In this document: positions 1-12,100 of the stretch, one piece after another
Position numbering within the stretch: position 1 is the first letter of the stretch
Layout of the letters: the number at the start of each line of letters is the position of its first letter
Origin: Nemertoderma westbladi
Lineage: Eukaryota > Animalia > Xenacoelomorpha
Length of the DNA: 49,959 nt
Assembly: GCA_032718475.1 (NCBI GenBank)
Contig: JAUCBJ010002287.1
Coordinates: 1 to 49,959, forward strand
Direction: 5' to 3'
Made by a program: the position numbers and the translations under genes
The notes under the pieces: model-generated
The model's input: the letters and a program-made list of their open reading frames with translations, nothing else
Told to the model about the DNA's origin: nothing
The model's database searches: none

Positions 1-1432
1 CCCCCAAGTCGGCGTCCCTCATCACCCCTAGCAACCGGTACACGGACTCCAGTAACGACCCCGCCGCCGCCCCACCCAACCCGACCTCCTTCCTCCACAA
101 CCGATCCTTCGGCGCCTTCCCAACCTTCTCCACCAATCGCGTCGCTTTCTCCACGAAGCCCCGCAGATGGGCGTTCCACAGCATGAGGGCGAGCCCGTGG
201 CGCTGCGAGCCGTTAGCGAGCGCCCCCAAGTAGTCGACGCACCGCTCCAGACAGCCGCAATCCTCCGGCTCCTTAACGAACTCCAGAATAAACCGCCACG
301 AAACCGCGGCCGCTAATCGATCCGGCGACAAACTCACGGGGAAACGGGCGGCGAGTTCTAGAATACCGAGTCCGGGAGGTTCTAGAACGCTACTAGTCGG
401 TAAGTTGAGTGATACAACCCACTCGGCTATTAGATTAGTGATCCCGGAATTTAGAACACCGTGTACGGACAGTGAGTCTGTAGTCCTCGCGAGAGCGGCC
501 CGGCTGTGCGACTCCGGGGTTCGACCGCCCCCCACCAGGAACCCCCGCAGGGCGACCAGGTCCTCCAGTCTGCCCTGCAGCAGGTCCCACGGCTCCACGG
601 CGGACTCCCCGTCCTCCCCGACTTCCGTCCAATCGCCTTCCAGCTCCCCGTCGCCCAGCGCGACGCGTCGACCAATCACGACGGCCCACAAGGCCACCGC
701 CGTCTGATTGGTCGAGCCGATTTCCGCGTGGAAGGTTTCCCATAGCGACGACGGGGAATCCGAAACAGCCAATAGGAAGTCTAGGATTCGGTAGAAGGCT
801 TCCAGGGAACCGAGTGACGTCACTAGATGGGGGGCGAACGTCGGGGCCAACCAGGCGGCCAATAGGAGACGGAGTAGGTCGTTGGGGTCGGCGACGCCGG
901 GGTTGGACGAGTGGAACGAAATAAACTCGGTAACGGAACGAGTTCCGACCAGGAACGGTTCCATAACCAACTCGGATAGACTCGAGAGGATAGCGGCGGA
1001 GAGTTCGGGGTTGAGTCGGATGGGGTCGGTGGATCGGAGGGTAGGGGGGCAGAGCGAAGCGAGGAACTGAGATGGAGGGAACCCAGTGTGTTCGAAACGA
1101 ACCCGATTTACGGATGAGTCATCCATCGAGTCTCGAACGAGTTTCTCGATTCGTTTAAACTCGTCGAGTCCGCATCGGAGGAGGTCTGAGCACTCCCGAG
1201 GGGACAGGTGGCTGGTTGCTACGGTTACTGGGGGACGGTCGGTTGCTACGGTTACTGGGAGTGACTCGGGACACAGGAACCTGTACCACAGCAGCGACTC
1301 TGCGTAGAACCGACACCGATTGGACAGCAGGAGCTCGTCGGAGTCAAGGTTGCCTTCCGGGAGGGTCGTCTGGAGTGCCGATAGGACTTGGGATAAAGTA
1401 ACCTCGTCTAGATGGGAGCAGCCGAACACTAC
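1..1432 (-). CDS. RAB3GAP2: Rab3 GTPase-activating protein non-catalytic subunit, coding exon 2 (runs off the window start)
   Basis: Acceptor ttattggttgcAG ends at 1433. Manual translation is open from 1432 to 1 (VVFGCSHLDEV...). It contains HGLALMLWN and EKVGKAPKDRLWRKEVGL, matching the conserved RAB3GAP2 motif EKVGKSPKDRLCRRDVG. The ORF track misses it because it has no stop inside the window. Confidence 0.88.
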
Positions 1433-2363
1433 CTGCAACCAATAAGATATCAGTGTTCATTTCGTACTGTTTCGGCCGTTACAAGTTGTGGCAAGTTAAT
1501 AGTTGACATCATATCAGAAGGGCCTAAGTTACTTTTTTTTACGAATAATGGAACTGCCGATCTATTATGTAGAATTTACCTCGGAACAAATTCTCTGTCA
1601 GAGCTCCAAAGCACCAGGATGTGCGGTTGCTAAGATATTTCAAATTTCATAACGGCCAAAATCAAAGAATTCTATTGTATACATTTCATTGTTTATCTTT
1701 TAAAAGAGTCTTAAGTAAATAATATAACCAACGTAATCACTATGACCGCTATATGAAACACAGACAATTAATACTTATTTACAATTGATGTTGAACTAGT
1801 AAAAATTATATTTGACGTATTTGTTATTACTTTCACTTTAATTGAAATCCATATTAACACAAGTTGGGCTAATGAAACATACTATATAATTGCGCTTCGC
1901 AACACAAAGAGACACTATAAGACAACGAACGGTATTACTTTTTGTCAATAGAATTAGAACTGAAAACTTAAATTGAAAGAAAAGGAAAAGAAAGTACCGC
2001 ACGTTCCTTAGTCTAAGTAAAAGTGGTGTCAGTGCGTTAGTTTAAAACTGAAAGTAAATTAGGAGTCGGCTTAAATTAAGAGTTGAAAATAGCGGTACAA
2101 AATGGCGTGTAGTAAATTAATTAAATATGGTGTCAACTGAAAACTGCAAGAAAATTACGTTCGATAGAACTTGAAAGAAAGTAGCGTGTCTGCTAAATAG
2201 TGAAAGTAAGTGGTTTGCTTCAAAAGTGAAACTAAAGAACTTGCGATTAAACAGTTGACTTATCAAAGTAATGAATGGCATTGGATGTGCCTCTATATAT
2301 CAGGGGGGGGGGGGGGGTTGAAAAATATCATTTATAATTCAAATAAACAATATATAAACTGAC
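1433..2363 (-). other. GT-AG spliceosomal intron of RAB3GAP2 (931 bp, phase 0)
   Basis: Donor GAG|GTCAGT at 2364/2363 and acceptor CAG at 1435-1433. The intron is AT-rich between GC-rich exons, and splicing joins ...RFLE to VVFG... in frame. Confidence 0.8.
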
Positions 2364-4097
2364 CTCGAGAAAGCGGAGTCTAAAGGCGGGAGTTTTAAAC
2401 TGTTTGAGATGGAATAAGATGGACTGGAGTTCGGAGAGCCCGACGGATTTAGTCGAGGATTGTTTGAGCAGCATGGCATCGTGACTCCGTTTGGAATCGG
2501 TGTCGTCTAGAAGCATATAGAAGGGAATGGAGAGAGTCAGTAGCTCACCGGCAGAGGTGAGTAGGTAGAGACCGCCGCTAGGGGGAGCAGAGAGGGAGCC
2601 GAGGGCGGCCTCGTCTGGGTTGAGGAGTCGGGAGCCACGGGGGACGTTGAACGCGGTGACTCGCGGACCGTGGACGAGGGACCAGAGTTCGAGGAGGGAG
2701 CGACGGGGGGAGTGGATGGCGAGGAATGATCCACTACGTAGTGGGGCTGAGGGGGAAGGGCGGGGTGGATGATGGGAGGAGCGGGAAGATGATCTGCCCT
2801 CGGTTACGGTCACGAAGGCGACCTCGGCGTCTCGGTACCCCTTCCACTGCCGGACGACCCATCCTGATTCGGTGTCGAGCAACGAGACCCGCCCGAACCC
2901 GTCGGTAACCGCGAGGAGTTTGCCGTGGAGTACGACGGCCACCCCGCAGCGACCCGAATCCGGGACCGCGCATCGCACCGGGAGTTTACTCGTCGGAGTT
3001 CGTTCGGACGTTACGGCGGCTCCGGACCACCAACCCCGCGCGGCGTCCGACAGCCGACCAACCACCGCCGAGGTCACCCGGGTCGCGAGTTGCAGCGCGG
3101 CGGCGTCGCCGCTTCGCGTCGTGTCGACGGCGTCGAAGATCGCGATAAACGGGGAGCGTCCGGTCGATACGAAGCGGTTCACCGACGGCGGACAGTCGGA
3201 CAACGAGGCCCGGAACCCGCCCAGTACGGTCGCCGCGTACAGACGGTCTGTCTGAGCCGGGTACTGCGTCCCCATGGCGACCACGTCCCTAGTCGCGGAC
3301 TGCCCGCGTAGCAACCACTTAGTCACCGTTAGCGGTGCATTACACGCTGCGTCTACACCACCGGTGGCTGTGGAACGCGCCAATCTATTGCGACAAACTT
3401 TTAACGCGTTAAATAAACTTAAACCTTCGATTGAAACAATAACTTTCTCGTATAAAATTATAAAGTTAATAAAATAATTATCGGTTGTTACTTTCGATGT
3501 TTTTATCTTTAGGATCGGTCCTTTATGGAACATTTGCGATAAAATTAGAACTCCTTTTTCCGTGAAGAACTGCAGGTAGCCGGAAGTAAACCCGGCAATA
3601 AGGCAGTGCCAATCGGCGACTTGTTGGGAAGACTTGCGGTTTGACATGATTGGCACCATGTATAGCGAGGTCACTGACCCCACTCGGTCGTCGGATGATA
3701 GCGAACCCGTCCAGGTCGGGGAGAAGGTCGCGTAGCTGTCTCGACGACCTTCTCGTCTTCCCGCGAGTATAGCGCATCTACTGCGACGACTAAACGCGAC
3801 GAAATCCCGAAATGGGGACACGCAAACGATTAGATCGTTGAGTTTGTTTGGTTCCGTGACCTCGGGTTCGTTGACCTCGTTTGTTGTTACCTCCACTGGT
3901 TCAATGACCTCGGGTACTTTGTGTTCGAGGTCATCCTCTCCCCAGTCACCCCATTCGTCGTCATCATCCCAACAGAGGTCGGAGGCTCCGGTGTTGGCTT
4001 GAGGTACCGGTACTTCTACGGAATATTCGTCGCCCAATAGAAATCGAAGAATTTCCGAAATGTTCTCAATCGACCCAGCTAAACAGAGAGTGGCCAT
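2364..4097 (-). CDS. RAB3GAP2: Rab3 GTPase-activating protein non-catalytic subunit, coding exon 1 (578 codons)
   Basis: ATG at 4097 (MATLCLAG...). RAB3GAP2 N-terminal domain motifs are present: WHCLIAGFTSGYLQFFTEKGVLILSQMFH, AVTDGFGRVSLLD, RQWKGYRDAEVAF, and IHSPRRSLLELWSLVHGPRVTAFNV. Confidence 0.92.
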
Positions 4098-4885
4098 ACC
4101 GTAACATTCCAGTCTGGTGAAGAGGGGTACTGCCGTAATCTGTAATCTGAGAATTGTACTAGAGTTTAGAGTACAACAGGAACAGCCAGAACAGCCTGAC
4201 ACTGGCTGCCTACTGACTGGTGCTTAGATCGTGGCTTTTCCAGTTAACATTATTCCATTTTGAATAAAACAAGTACCGGTAGGTAATGTGGTTGGAGTAA
4301 GCTGCTACTAAGCAGCAACCAATCACGTTAATCCTGTTTAACACAGAGTCAATCAGTCAATGAGAATGGAATATTGCTAACATGAAAAACTTCCTGACTT
4401 CAGGTTACCTTTATTCCATATCTCAGTATCTGCAACATCTCAGTGATCTGTAGGCCTATTCACTAGGCCTATTCTACGCTTGCTGCTGGCCTTGTCTGTT
4501 TCATTATACAAGGTATACCGAAGTTAATTCAATACTTTACAGCTTTAAGCCTTAAACTGTTAAAGGGGGGAAGGGGCCTTATTCTTTCTCATGGTAGTTA
4601 CATGGGAGCAGTAATGAGACGATTAAAAAAGTAGAGGAATGTAATTTAGGCCTATGCGATAAAAAGTAGGCCTACACAACAACATATCTGCATTATCGAG
4701 ACACAAACAAAAAATTGATAAAAGGAGAACCGACAGCGAAACTAAACCATTTCCACACTGTCCAGCTTGTCAGCACTCAGCACTGTTCTTTTTGTTACTC
4801 GCTTGTCGGGTCGGGAATGCTACAGACAGACCTTGGCTCTGTGGCTGCTTGGACCAATTGAATGGATAGGATTTAGCGTTTGCAC

Positions 4886-5126
4886 GTGTGTAATAAACAC
4901 TACTGACTACGCCGACCACCGGCAACCTACTGCCGACAACCAGACAACAGCAAATAGGCCTATGGGAATGTAACCTGTTCGTAACTCTCGTTTATTTTTT
5001 TGGTTAGACTAGGCCTAACCTTCCACTGTAACCTGTTCCTTTCCCTCAATTAATAAATAACATTAATTAGATTGAATAATGGTTGTCGGCGTTGGTTGTC
5101 GGCGTTACGGCGTAGCATTTACACCC
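4886..5126. mobile_element. MITE, Mutator/MULE-type
   Basis: 9-bp direct repeat CGTTTGCAC at 4877-4885 and 5127-5135. Ends GTGTGTAA...TTACACCC are 7/8 inverted. Subterminal inverted motifs (c)tacgccg/cggcgtag and gccgacaacc/ggttgtcggc. Confidence 0.6.
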
Positions 5127-5499
5127 CGTTTGCACGAAGTGGTTGGTATCATAAAAGTTGTGTGAATAAAACGCAACATGAGTTTCGGGTTGTGCAACTG
5201 ATATGTCAGGCCTGTATTTGCCAACATTGAATATTACTCATGTTACTACGTGGCAAACTTCAATGAGATTGTATAAGTACATTATGTCTGTATGTTTTGT
5301 TTATTACTAAACAGGTAAACCAGACTTAACTTATAAATATTTCATTTACAGTTTACACCATTCAGCCATTGTAGTAATTAAACTAATACACTTATATTAT
5401 ATACAGTATTTTTTTTGCATATATTACCGGTATGCCTGGTATTGTACTGTTGTACAATATGATATTATATGGCTTACCGGTCAGCCGGTACTCGATTAC

Positions 5500-6330
5500 T
5501 AACTGCTATTGATAATGAAACAATTTATTACTGACACACAGGCCTTACAGGCTGATCTAGACGCTTGTGGAATGGTGTAACCATTGGAAATTGCAGTTCA
5601 ATGACTTCAAGTGCAAGGTCATGCATCTAGGTTCTAGAAATCCCCAAGCAACTTGCACAATGAATGGACGGACACTTTTATCGGCAACCGAGGAACATGA
5701 TTTTGGAATTACATTTAAACCAGACTTGTCCTTCACAACTCACTGCACAAAGACTGCAGCCCGCGCCATGCGAGTCGTACATTTAATACGAAGAACTTTT
5801 ACATATTTGGAAGCTCCGATGTTTACCCTTTGACCCTGTTATACAAATCCCTCGTTCGGCTGTTCGGCTGTTCGGCCTCTCCTTGAATACGACACAGTTG
5901 TTTGGTCGCCATACCTCCAACATGATATATATTGATCGTCTTGAACAAGTACAACACCGTGCCACTCGCCTTGTCCCATCGCTGGCTGAATTGTCATATG
6001 AAAACCGACTACGTGCACTCAAACTACCGACATTAATCTATCGCCGTGTACTAGCCGACCTTAAAATAACATAAAAGTTTATCAACGGGATTGACAATAT
6101 TGAGCGAAGTAATTTCTTCCAGTTTCGTTTCGAACTCCACCAATGCTCAACACGAGGCTCTTCCTTGACGCTGTACAAAAGATCGAACTGTAGGACTCAA
6201 AGAAGATGTAACAACTTTGCAGACAGCGTTGTACACATTTGGAATCCTTTACCATTACCGGAAAGTGTTGTTAATGCACGTAATACAATTGGTACCCCAT
6301 GCATGAACACCATTCAAAAATAGACTAGAC
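5500..6330 (+). mobile_element. CR1-group LINE, degenerate 3' ORF2 fragment
   Basis: EWCNHWKLQFNDFKCKVMHLG and LEQVQHRATRLVPSLAELSYENRLRALKLPTLIYRR are typical CR1 RT C-terminal motifs; the frame is broken by frameshifts and stops. Confidence 0.85.
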
Positions 6331-6519
6331 TGCGAAATGTCCCTTAAAATTAATTTGTAGTGATACTCCTGTGCGCCAAGTGGCAGTAGCGAAAGCGATA
6401 TCCTTCGGATACAACGATATCTTTATTAAAATCTAGCTACAGTACCTATTATTTTCATTTTTTCAATCCCAAAAAACAATTTTTTTCTGTTAAATTTTAA
6501 AATAGTGTTTTTTTATCTG

Positions 6520-6810
6520 TGAGAGTGCATATTGACCTAATTACTGTTTTTAAATTACTCATTGGTTTTATTTCACTAGAATCTAATAATTTATTTGTAA
6601 ATGTAAGTGCATCTTCCTTCAATAAGACTGAGGGTGCAGGCACCCTTACAAATTGCAGCAGGGACATTGCAGAACTGTTGCGGTGCAGACCTCATTTACA
6701 AATCGTGTTGTGCCTGTTTGGAACAATCTACCTTACGTTGCAGTAACTGCCCCCTCAGTTGAATTGTTCAAACGCCATATTTATGTGTGCGATTTTAACA
6801 ATTGGATTAA
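6520..6810 (+). mobile_element. Second CR1-group LINE 3'-end remnant
   Basis: DLITVFKLLIG is followed after a frameshift by FTNRVVPVWNNLPYVAVTAPSVELFKRH, the CR1 terminal motif. Confidence 0.7.
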
Positions 6811-7469
6811 ATAATTTTCTAATTACAGTATTTTCTATTTCGCATATCATTAGTTTTATCTGAGTTCAACTCCTTTTAGCGATCTACACTTTTATTTTAA
6901 CATGTAATAATATTTTAGCGTATTTTAATTTAGTTTTTAATCTTTTTTAATATGATGCCATATGTACTGTAGTATAAGTCGTTTTGTTTTATTCTCTGTT
7001 CAACTTTCTCCTGTTTTACTATGTGCAGTTTTATTTATACGCTTCTATGACAGCGGTGTCTCCACCCAAATAATATAATAATAATAATAATAACATACTG
7101 TAAGAATGTAAGTGAAACAAAATAGGGAGGGCCCTTATCTGTAGTCGCCTAGCACCTAGTCAAAGCACGGAATTTCGTAGTGTTCACATCCTACTATAAT
7201 GTCGCCTTGGGTCTGCTTAAACAGAGCCATACAATTAATTGAGGTTTACCGAAATACACCTTCCCTAGCCAAACAGTAGTGGCGCTATAGCTCCAAAATG
7301 CCCGATGTAGGATTTCTTCGAAAAAGGCCCAATTTATTTAAGTTATAGTAAAATACTGATTAATATATTTTGCTTTTCGCAGGAGTGACAGTATCCTCCT
7401 CCACAGTTAATATAGTGTACGTACGTACTGTACATGTGTTAAGTATAGCTTTGCGTTTATTTCTATTTA

Positions 7470-7750
7470 TTAGGAGCCCGCTCGACAGTGGGATACTTAC
7501 TGTATTATAAATCTCAGGGATTCTTTCTGTAAAAATCTCAGGATATATAACACTGACTGACTGACTGACTGATAATTATCCAGGTTCAGGCACTTCCTGC
7601 CTGGCGATTTTGATGAAATTTTGCAAGTACATTGCTTTGGTGGTTCGTAATCGCGTTAAAAAATTTCAGATCGATTCTACAGTATGTGTGGTATTCGATA
7701 TATTTAGTTTTTTGACATTATTTTGTCGCGAAATTAAAAGCAATGGTAAA
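7470..7750. mobile_element. Possible non-autonomous element (DINE-1/HINE-like core)
   Basis: A short duplicated aaatctcagg motif, an (ACTG)5 microsatellite, then cgattttgatgaaattttgc. This layout resembles Helentron-associated interspersed elements; the termini are not resolved. Confidence 0.3.
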
Positions 7751-7894
7751 ATAACAGCTGGTGTTCATAATAAAATATGGCTTAATATGTTATACATAGT
7801 CATAGTAAAACGTGTTGGTTGCCAAGTTTCACTAGTAGGCTATAAGGAAAGGCAATGTTTACTCACACATAAGCTGTTGGTTTCTAATGTACAG

Positions 7895-8245
7895 TATTAC
7901 CCCATAAGCTGATTGCTCTCCCAGTGCTTCCTAAGGGTATATCTACAATAAGGTTACTCATTCTGCTATGTTAGGGGGTGGATCAGGAGAATGAATTTTA
8001 GTTACACAAAGCAGTGTGTTGCAATTGCAATTGTTACTCACTGTGGATTGCAAAATGTTTTATAGTTGACCTACAGTATAATACAGTAGTTGCATGTTTT
8101 TAAGGAGCCCGCTCTGGCCTACCACCTAACTTAGCAGGAGTTTTACATAGTATTACATAGTATTATTATTATATTACATAGTATTTCATATTCACACAGG
8201 ATTCACTGGGAAGAGATATTCCGCTTGACGACGGGGTAATACCTA
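7895..8245. repeat. Two oppositely oriented copies of a roughly 100-bp interspersed repeat (third copy at about 14665-14770)
   Basis: attacccc...tcccagtg...aaggttactca...gctatgttagg at 7895-7980 recurs at 14666-14745. Its reverse complement (cctaacttagca...ggattcactgggaagag...ggggtaat) lies at 8125-8240. Confidence 0.6.
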
Positions 8246-8789
8246 TAGAAGGAAACTAAATTTGTTATTTGGCTCTATTCGTTGTTATTTATCTGGTTGT
8301 GCATCATGGGCATTTTTTATAAATATTCGGTAATCGTATCTTATATCTTGTAAACTTGCTTGATAATGAAATTATTTGCTTCATATTATATTTTTGTTAG
8401 TGGTAGCTAAGTTGCATTTTTTATTATGTGGGATGAGCCACAAAGTCAGCTAGCCTCACGCCTTGCAGTTTAGACAATTGTTTAGTTTACCTACTGCTGA
8501 CTGACATATTTCTTTGTACAGTAATAGTCTTGGCTAGTTTTTGTTTATATGACAAGTTTTGATATGATCTGTTCTAGTTTGGCTTTTGTTTTGTCGATTA
8601 ATTGGCGGTTAATTTGTCAATCACCGCCTTAATTGGCTACATTTGCTTATTGTATGAATGAATATAATTAGTTTACTAAGACATTATTTTAATTAGTATA
8701 TGTTGGTGTTATTATTATTGTTGGTGTTGGTATTGTATGGTTATTATGGCGTTCATGCATGCCAGTTAATTAATTGATATAATTAACGA

Positions 8790-9110
8790 TATAATTTTCG
8801 ATAATTATAGTTTTCGATGCTCGTCCCACACATTAGAGATTGATCAACGAGGCAGATGGAGGAATTCTCCTCGTGATGAGAGAACATGCACAATATGTAA
8901 TAAGTCTTTCATCGAAAATGAACTACACTTTCTTTTAGAATGAAGTACCTCGGTAATTATTACTGCACCAACACAAATTTTCCGAATTTTACAGAACTAA
9001 TAGGAGCGACAAACGATATTGACCTCATAAAACTAGGAAAACTAGGACAGAAGGGTATATATATTACGCTTTCGAAAAAAGAAAATCTGTTTTGGGGTAC
9101 TAGAATAAAA
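8790..9110 (+). mobile_element. Non-LTR retrotransposon ORF2 C-terminal remnant (L2/Crack/RTEX-like)
   Basis: FRCSSHTLEI...GRWRNSPRDERTCTICNKSFIENELHFLLE, the Cys/His-rich terminal motif of these LINEs. Confidence 0.7.
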
Positions 9111-9119
9111 CGTATTAAC

Positions 9120-12100
9120 TAACATGAATTTCACGAATAAGCGGACATAGAGGTTCATAAAAAACCTTCGCAGATAATCTCTTTAATGATTGGATCTCAT
9201 GCCTAACAACGTAAAGTATCTGAAATTAGAAATTGGAAGCAAATTCCGTTATGTGTGGGCTCCTATACTTGAAAGTTGAAATTTTACTGTAATTTTGTTT
9301 ACATTTTCCAAAATCGGTGTGCGAATTTTGCCTACAATTAAGGCGAAAATACAGTCATTATAAATAATATTAATCCTAGTCTGTCTAATTACTTGTGTGA
9401 GTGATGGTTCAACCTCGGTTGTAGTGAAGAAATAAATTAATTTTGGTTTCCTAGAGATCAATCAACTTCGTTTGAAAAAATAACAAAACGCTATTGCGAA
9501 TTTCGTAATTCCGTAACGAAAACATGAATTTTTAAAATAGCTTTTAAACTACTCAACATGTGACATTCAAATTCTAAATTCTCTTCCTCTAACCGATGGG
9601 CAATACACAAATATTTTCCTTTTGTGGAAATGTGATATATAAGTCGAGATATTTGCGTTACGGAATTAGAATTTCAAGTTATGAAATTACGTTACGGAAT
9701 TACAATTTTCCAAAACTGTGTGACGTTAGTGTTGGTGTAGAGTGGTACACGGCGAGACATTAGTGTTGGTGTAGACTGGTACACTCTGAGACATTAGCGT
9801 TGGTGTAGACTGGTACACGGCGAGACATTAGTGTTGGTGTAGACTGGTACACAGCGCGACGTTAGTGTTGGTGTAGACTGGTACACAGCGCGACGTTAGT
9901 GTTGGTGTAGACTGGTACACAGCGCTACGTTAGTGTTGGTGTAGACTGGTACACAGCGAGACGTTAGTGTTGGTGTAGACTGGTACACAGCGCTACGTTA
10001 GTGTTGGTGTAGACTGGTACACAGCGCTACGTTAGTGTTGGTGTAGACTGGTAAACTGCGAGACGTTAGTGTTGGTGTAGACTGGTACACTGCGAGACGT
10101 TAGTGTTGGTGTAGACTGGTACACTGCGCTACGTTAGTGTTGGTGTAGACTGGTAAACTGCGAGACGTTAGTGTTGGTGTAGACTGGTACACTGCGAGAC
10201 GTTAGTGTTGGTGTAGACTGGTACACAGCGCTACGTTAGTGTTGGTGTAGACTGGTACACTGCGAGACGTTAGTGTTGGTGTAGACTGGTACACTGCGAG
10301 ACGTTAGTGTTGGTGTAGACTGGTACACTGCGCTACGTTAGTGTTGGTGTAGACTGGTAAACTGCGAGACGTTAGTGTTGGTGTAGACTGGTACACTGCG
10401 AGACGTTAGTGTTGGTGTAGACTGGTACACAGCGCTACGTTAGTGTTGGTGTAGACTGGTACACTGCGAGACGTTAGTGTTGGTGTAGACTGGTACACAG
10501 CGCTACGTTAGTGTTGGTGTAGACTGGTACACAGCGCTATGTTAGTGTTGGTGTAGACTGGTAAACTGCGAGACGTTAGTGTTGGTGTAGACTGGTACAC
10601 TGCGCTACGTTAGTGTTGGTGTAGACTGGTACACAGCGCTACGTTAGTGTTGGTGTAGACTGGTACACAGCGCGACGTTAGTGTTGGTGTAGACTGGTAC
10701 ACAGCGCTACGTTAGTGTTGGTGTAGACTGGTACACAGCGCTACGTTAGTGTTGGTGTAGACTGGTAAACTGCGAGACGTTAGTGTTGGTGTAGACTGGT
10801 ACACAGCGCTACGTTAGTGTTGGTGTAGACTGGTACACAGCGCTACGTTAGTGTTGGTGTAGACTGGTACACAGCGCTACGTTAGTGTTGATGTAGAATG
10901 GTACACAGCGCTACGTTAGTGTTGGTGTAGACTGGTACACAGCGCCACGTTAGTGTTGGTGTAGACTGGTACACAGCGCTACGTTAGTGTTGGTGTAGAC
11001 TGGTACACAGCGCTACGTTAGTGTTGGTGTAGACTGGTACACAGCGCTACGTTAGTGTTGGTGTAGACTGGCACACTGCGGTACGTTAGTTTTGGTGTAG
11101 ACTGGTACACTGTACACAGCGCGACGTTAGTGTTGGTGTAGACTGGTACACAGCGCTACGTTAGTGTTGGTGTAGACTGGTACACAGCGCGACGTTAGTG
11201 TTGGTGTAGACTGGTACACAGCGCGACGTTAGTGTTGGTGTAGACTGGTATACAGCGCGACGTTAGTGTTGGTGTAGACTGGTACACAGCGCTACGTTAG
11301 TGTTGGTGTAGACTGGTACACAGCGCTACGTTAGTGTTGGTGTAGACTGGTACACAGCGCTACGTTAGTGTTGGTGTAGACTGGTACACAGCGCGACGTT
11401 AGTGTTGGTGTAGACTGGTACACAGCGCTACGTTAGTGTTGGTGTAGACTGGTACACAGCGCGACGTTAGTGTTGGTGTAGGCTGGTACACAGCGCTACG
11501 TTAGTGTTGGTGTAGACTGGTACACAGCGCTACGTTAGTGTTGGTGTAGACTGGTACACAGCGCTACGTTAGTGTTGGTGTAGACTGGCACACTGCGGTA
11601 CGTTAGTGTTGGTGTAGACTGGTACACAGCGCGACGTTAATGTTGGTGTAGACTGGTAAACTGCGAGACTTTAGTGTTGGTGTAGACTGGTACACTTAGA
11701 GACGTTAGTGTTGGTGTAGACTGGTACACTGCGCTACGTTAGTGTTGGTGTATACTGGTACACTGCGTTACGTTAGTGTTGGTCTAGACTGGTACACAGC
11801 GAGACATCAGTGTTGGTGTAGACTGGTACACAGCGCGACGTTAGTGTTGGTCTAGACTGGTACACAGCGAGACATCAGTGTTGGTGTAGACTATGGTACA
11901 CTGAGAAAGGAACGTTAGTGTCGTTCATAATGTATTTATAAGTTTTGTTATTCAATATACAATGCATAGGAACCTTATGATTATATTATATTATAACCCC
12001 TACAGTTACCTCTAACGTTCGCATTCAAAGTATAGTATTACAGTGTATTATTGCCATTTTTATACACTATTTCCGGAATAATAATGTCCTAATTCAATGA

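Noticed and set aside
405-3477. Many short plus-strand and alternate-frame ORFs
   Set aside because: These are shadow ORFs of the GC-rich RAB3GAP2 exons.
4098-4202. N-terminal extension of RAB3GAP2 in the ORF track
   Set aside because: It starts at a non-ATG codon; the first ATG is at 4097. The track's C-terminal VSLYIVYLNYK is intron read-through.
9725-11905. CRISPR array
   Set aside because: The variable parts are only ~11 nt and reuse a few related states rather than unique spacers. There are no cas genes and the context is eukaryotic.
9725-11905. Repeat-encoded protein
   Set aside because: The 34-bp period cycles through frames, and each unit carries stop triplets on both strands.
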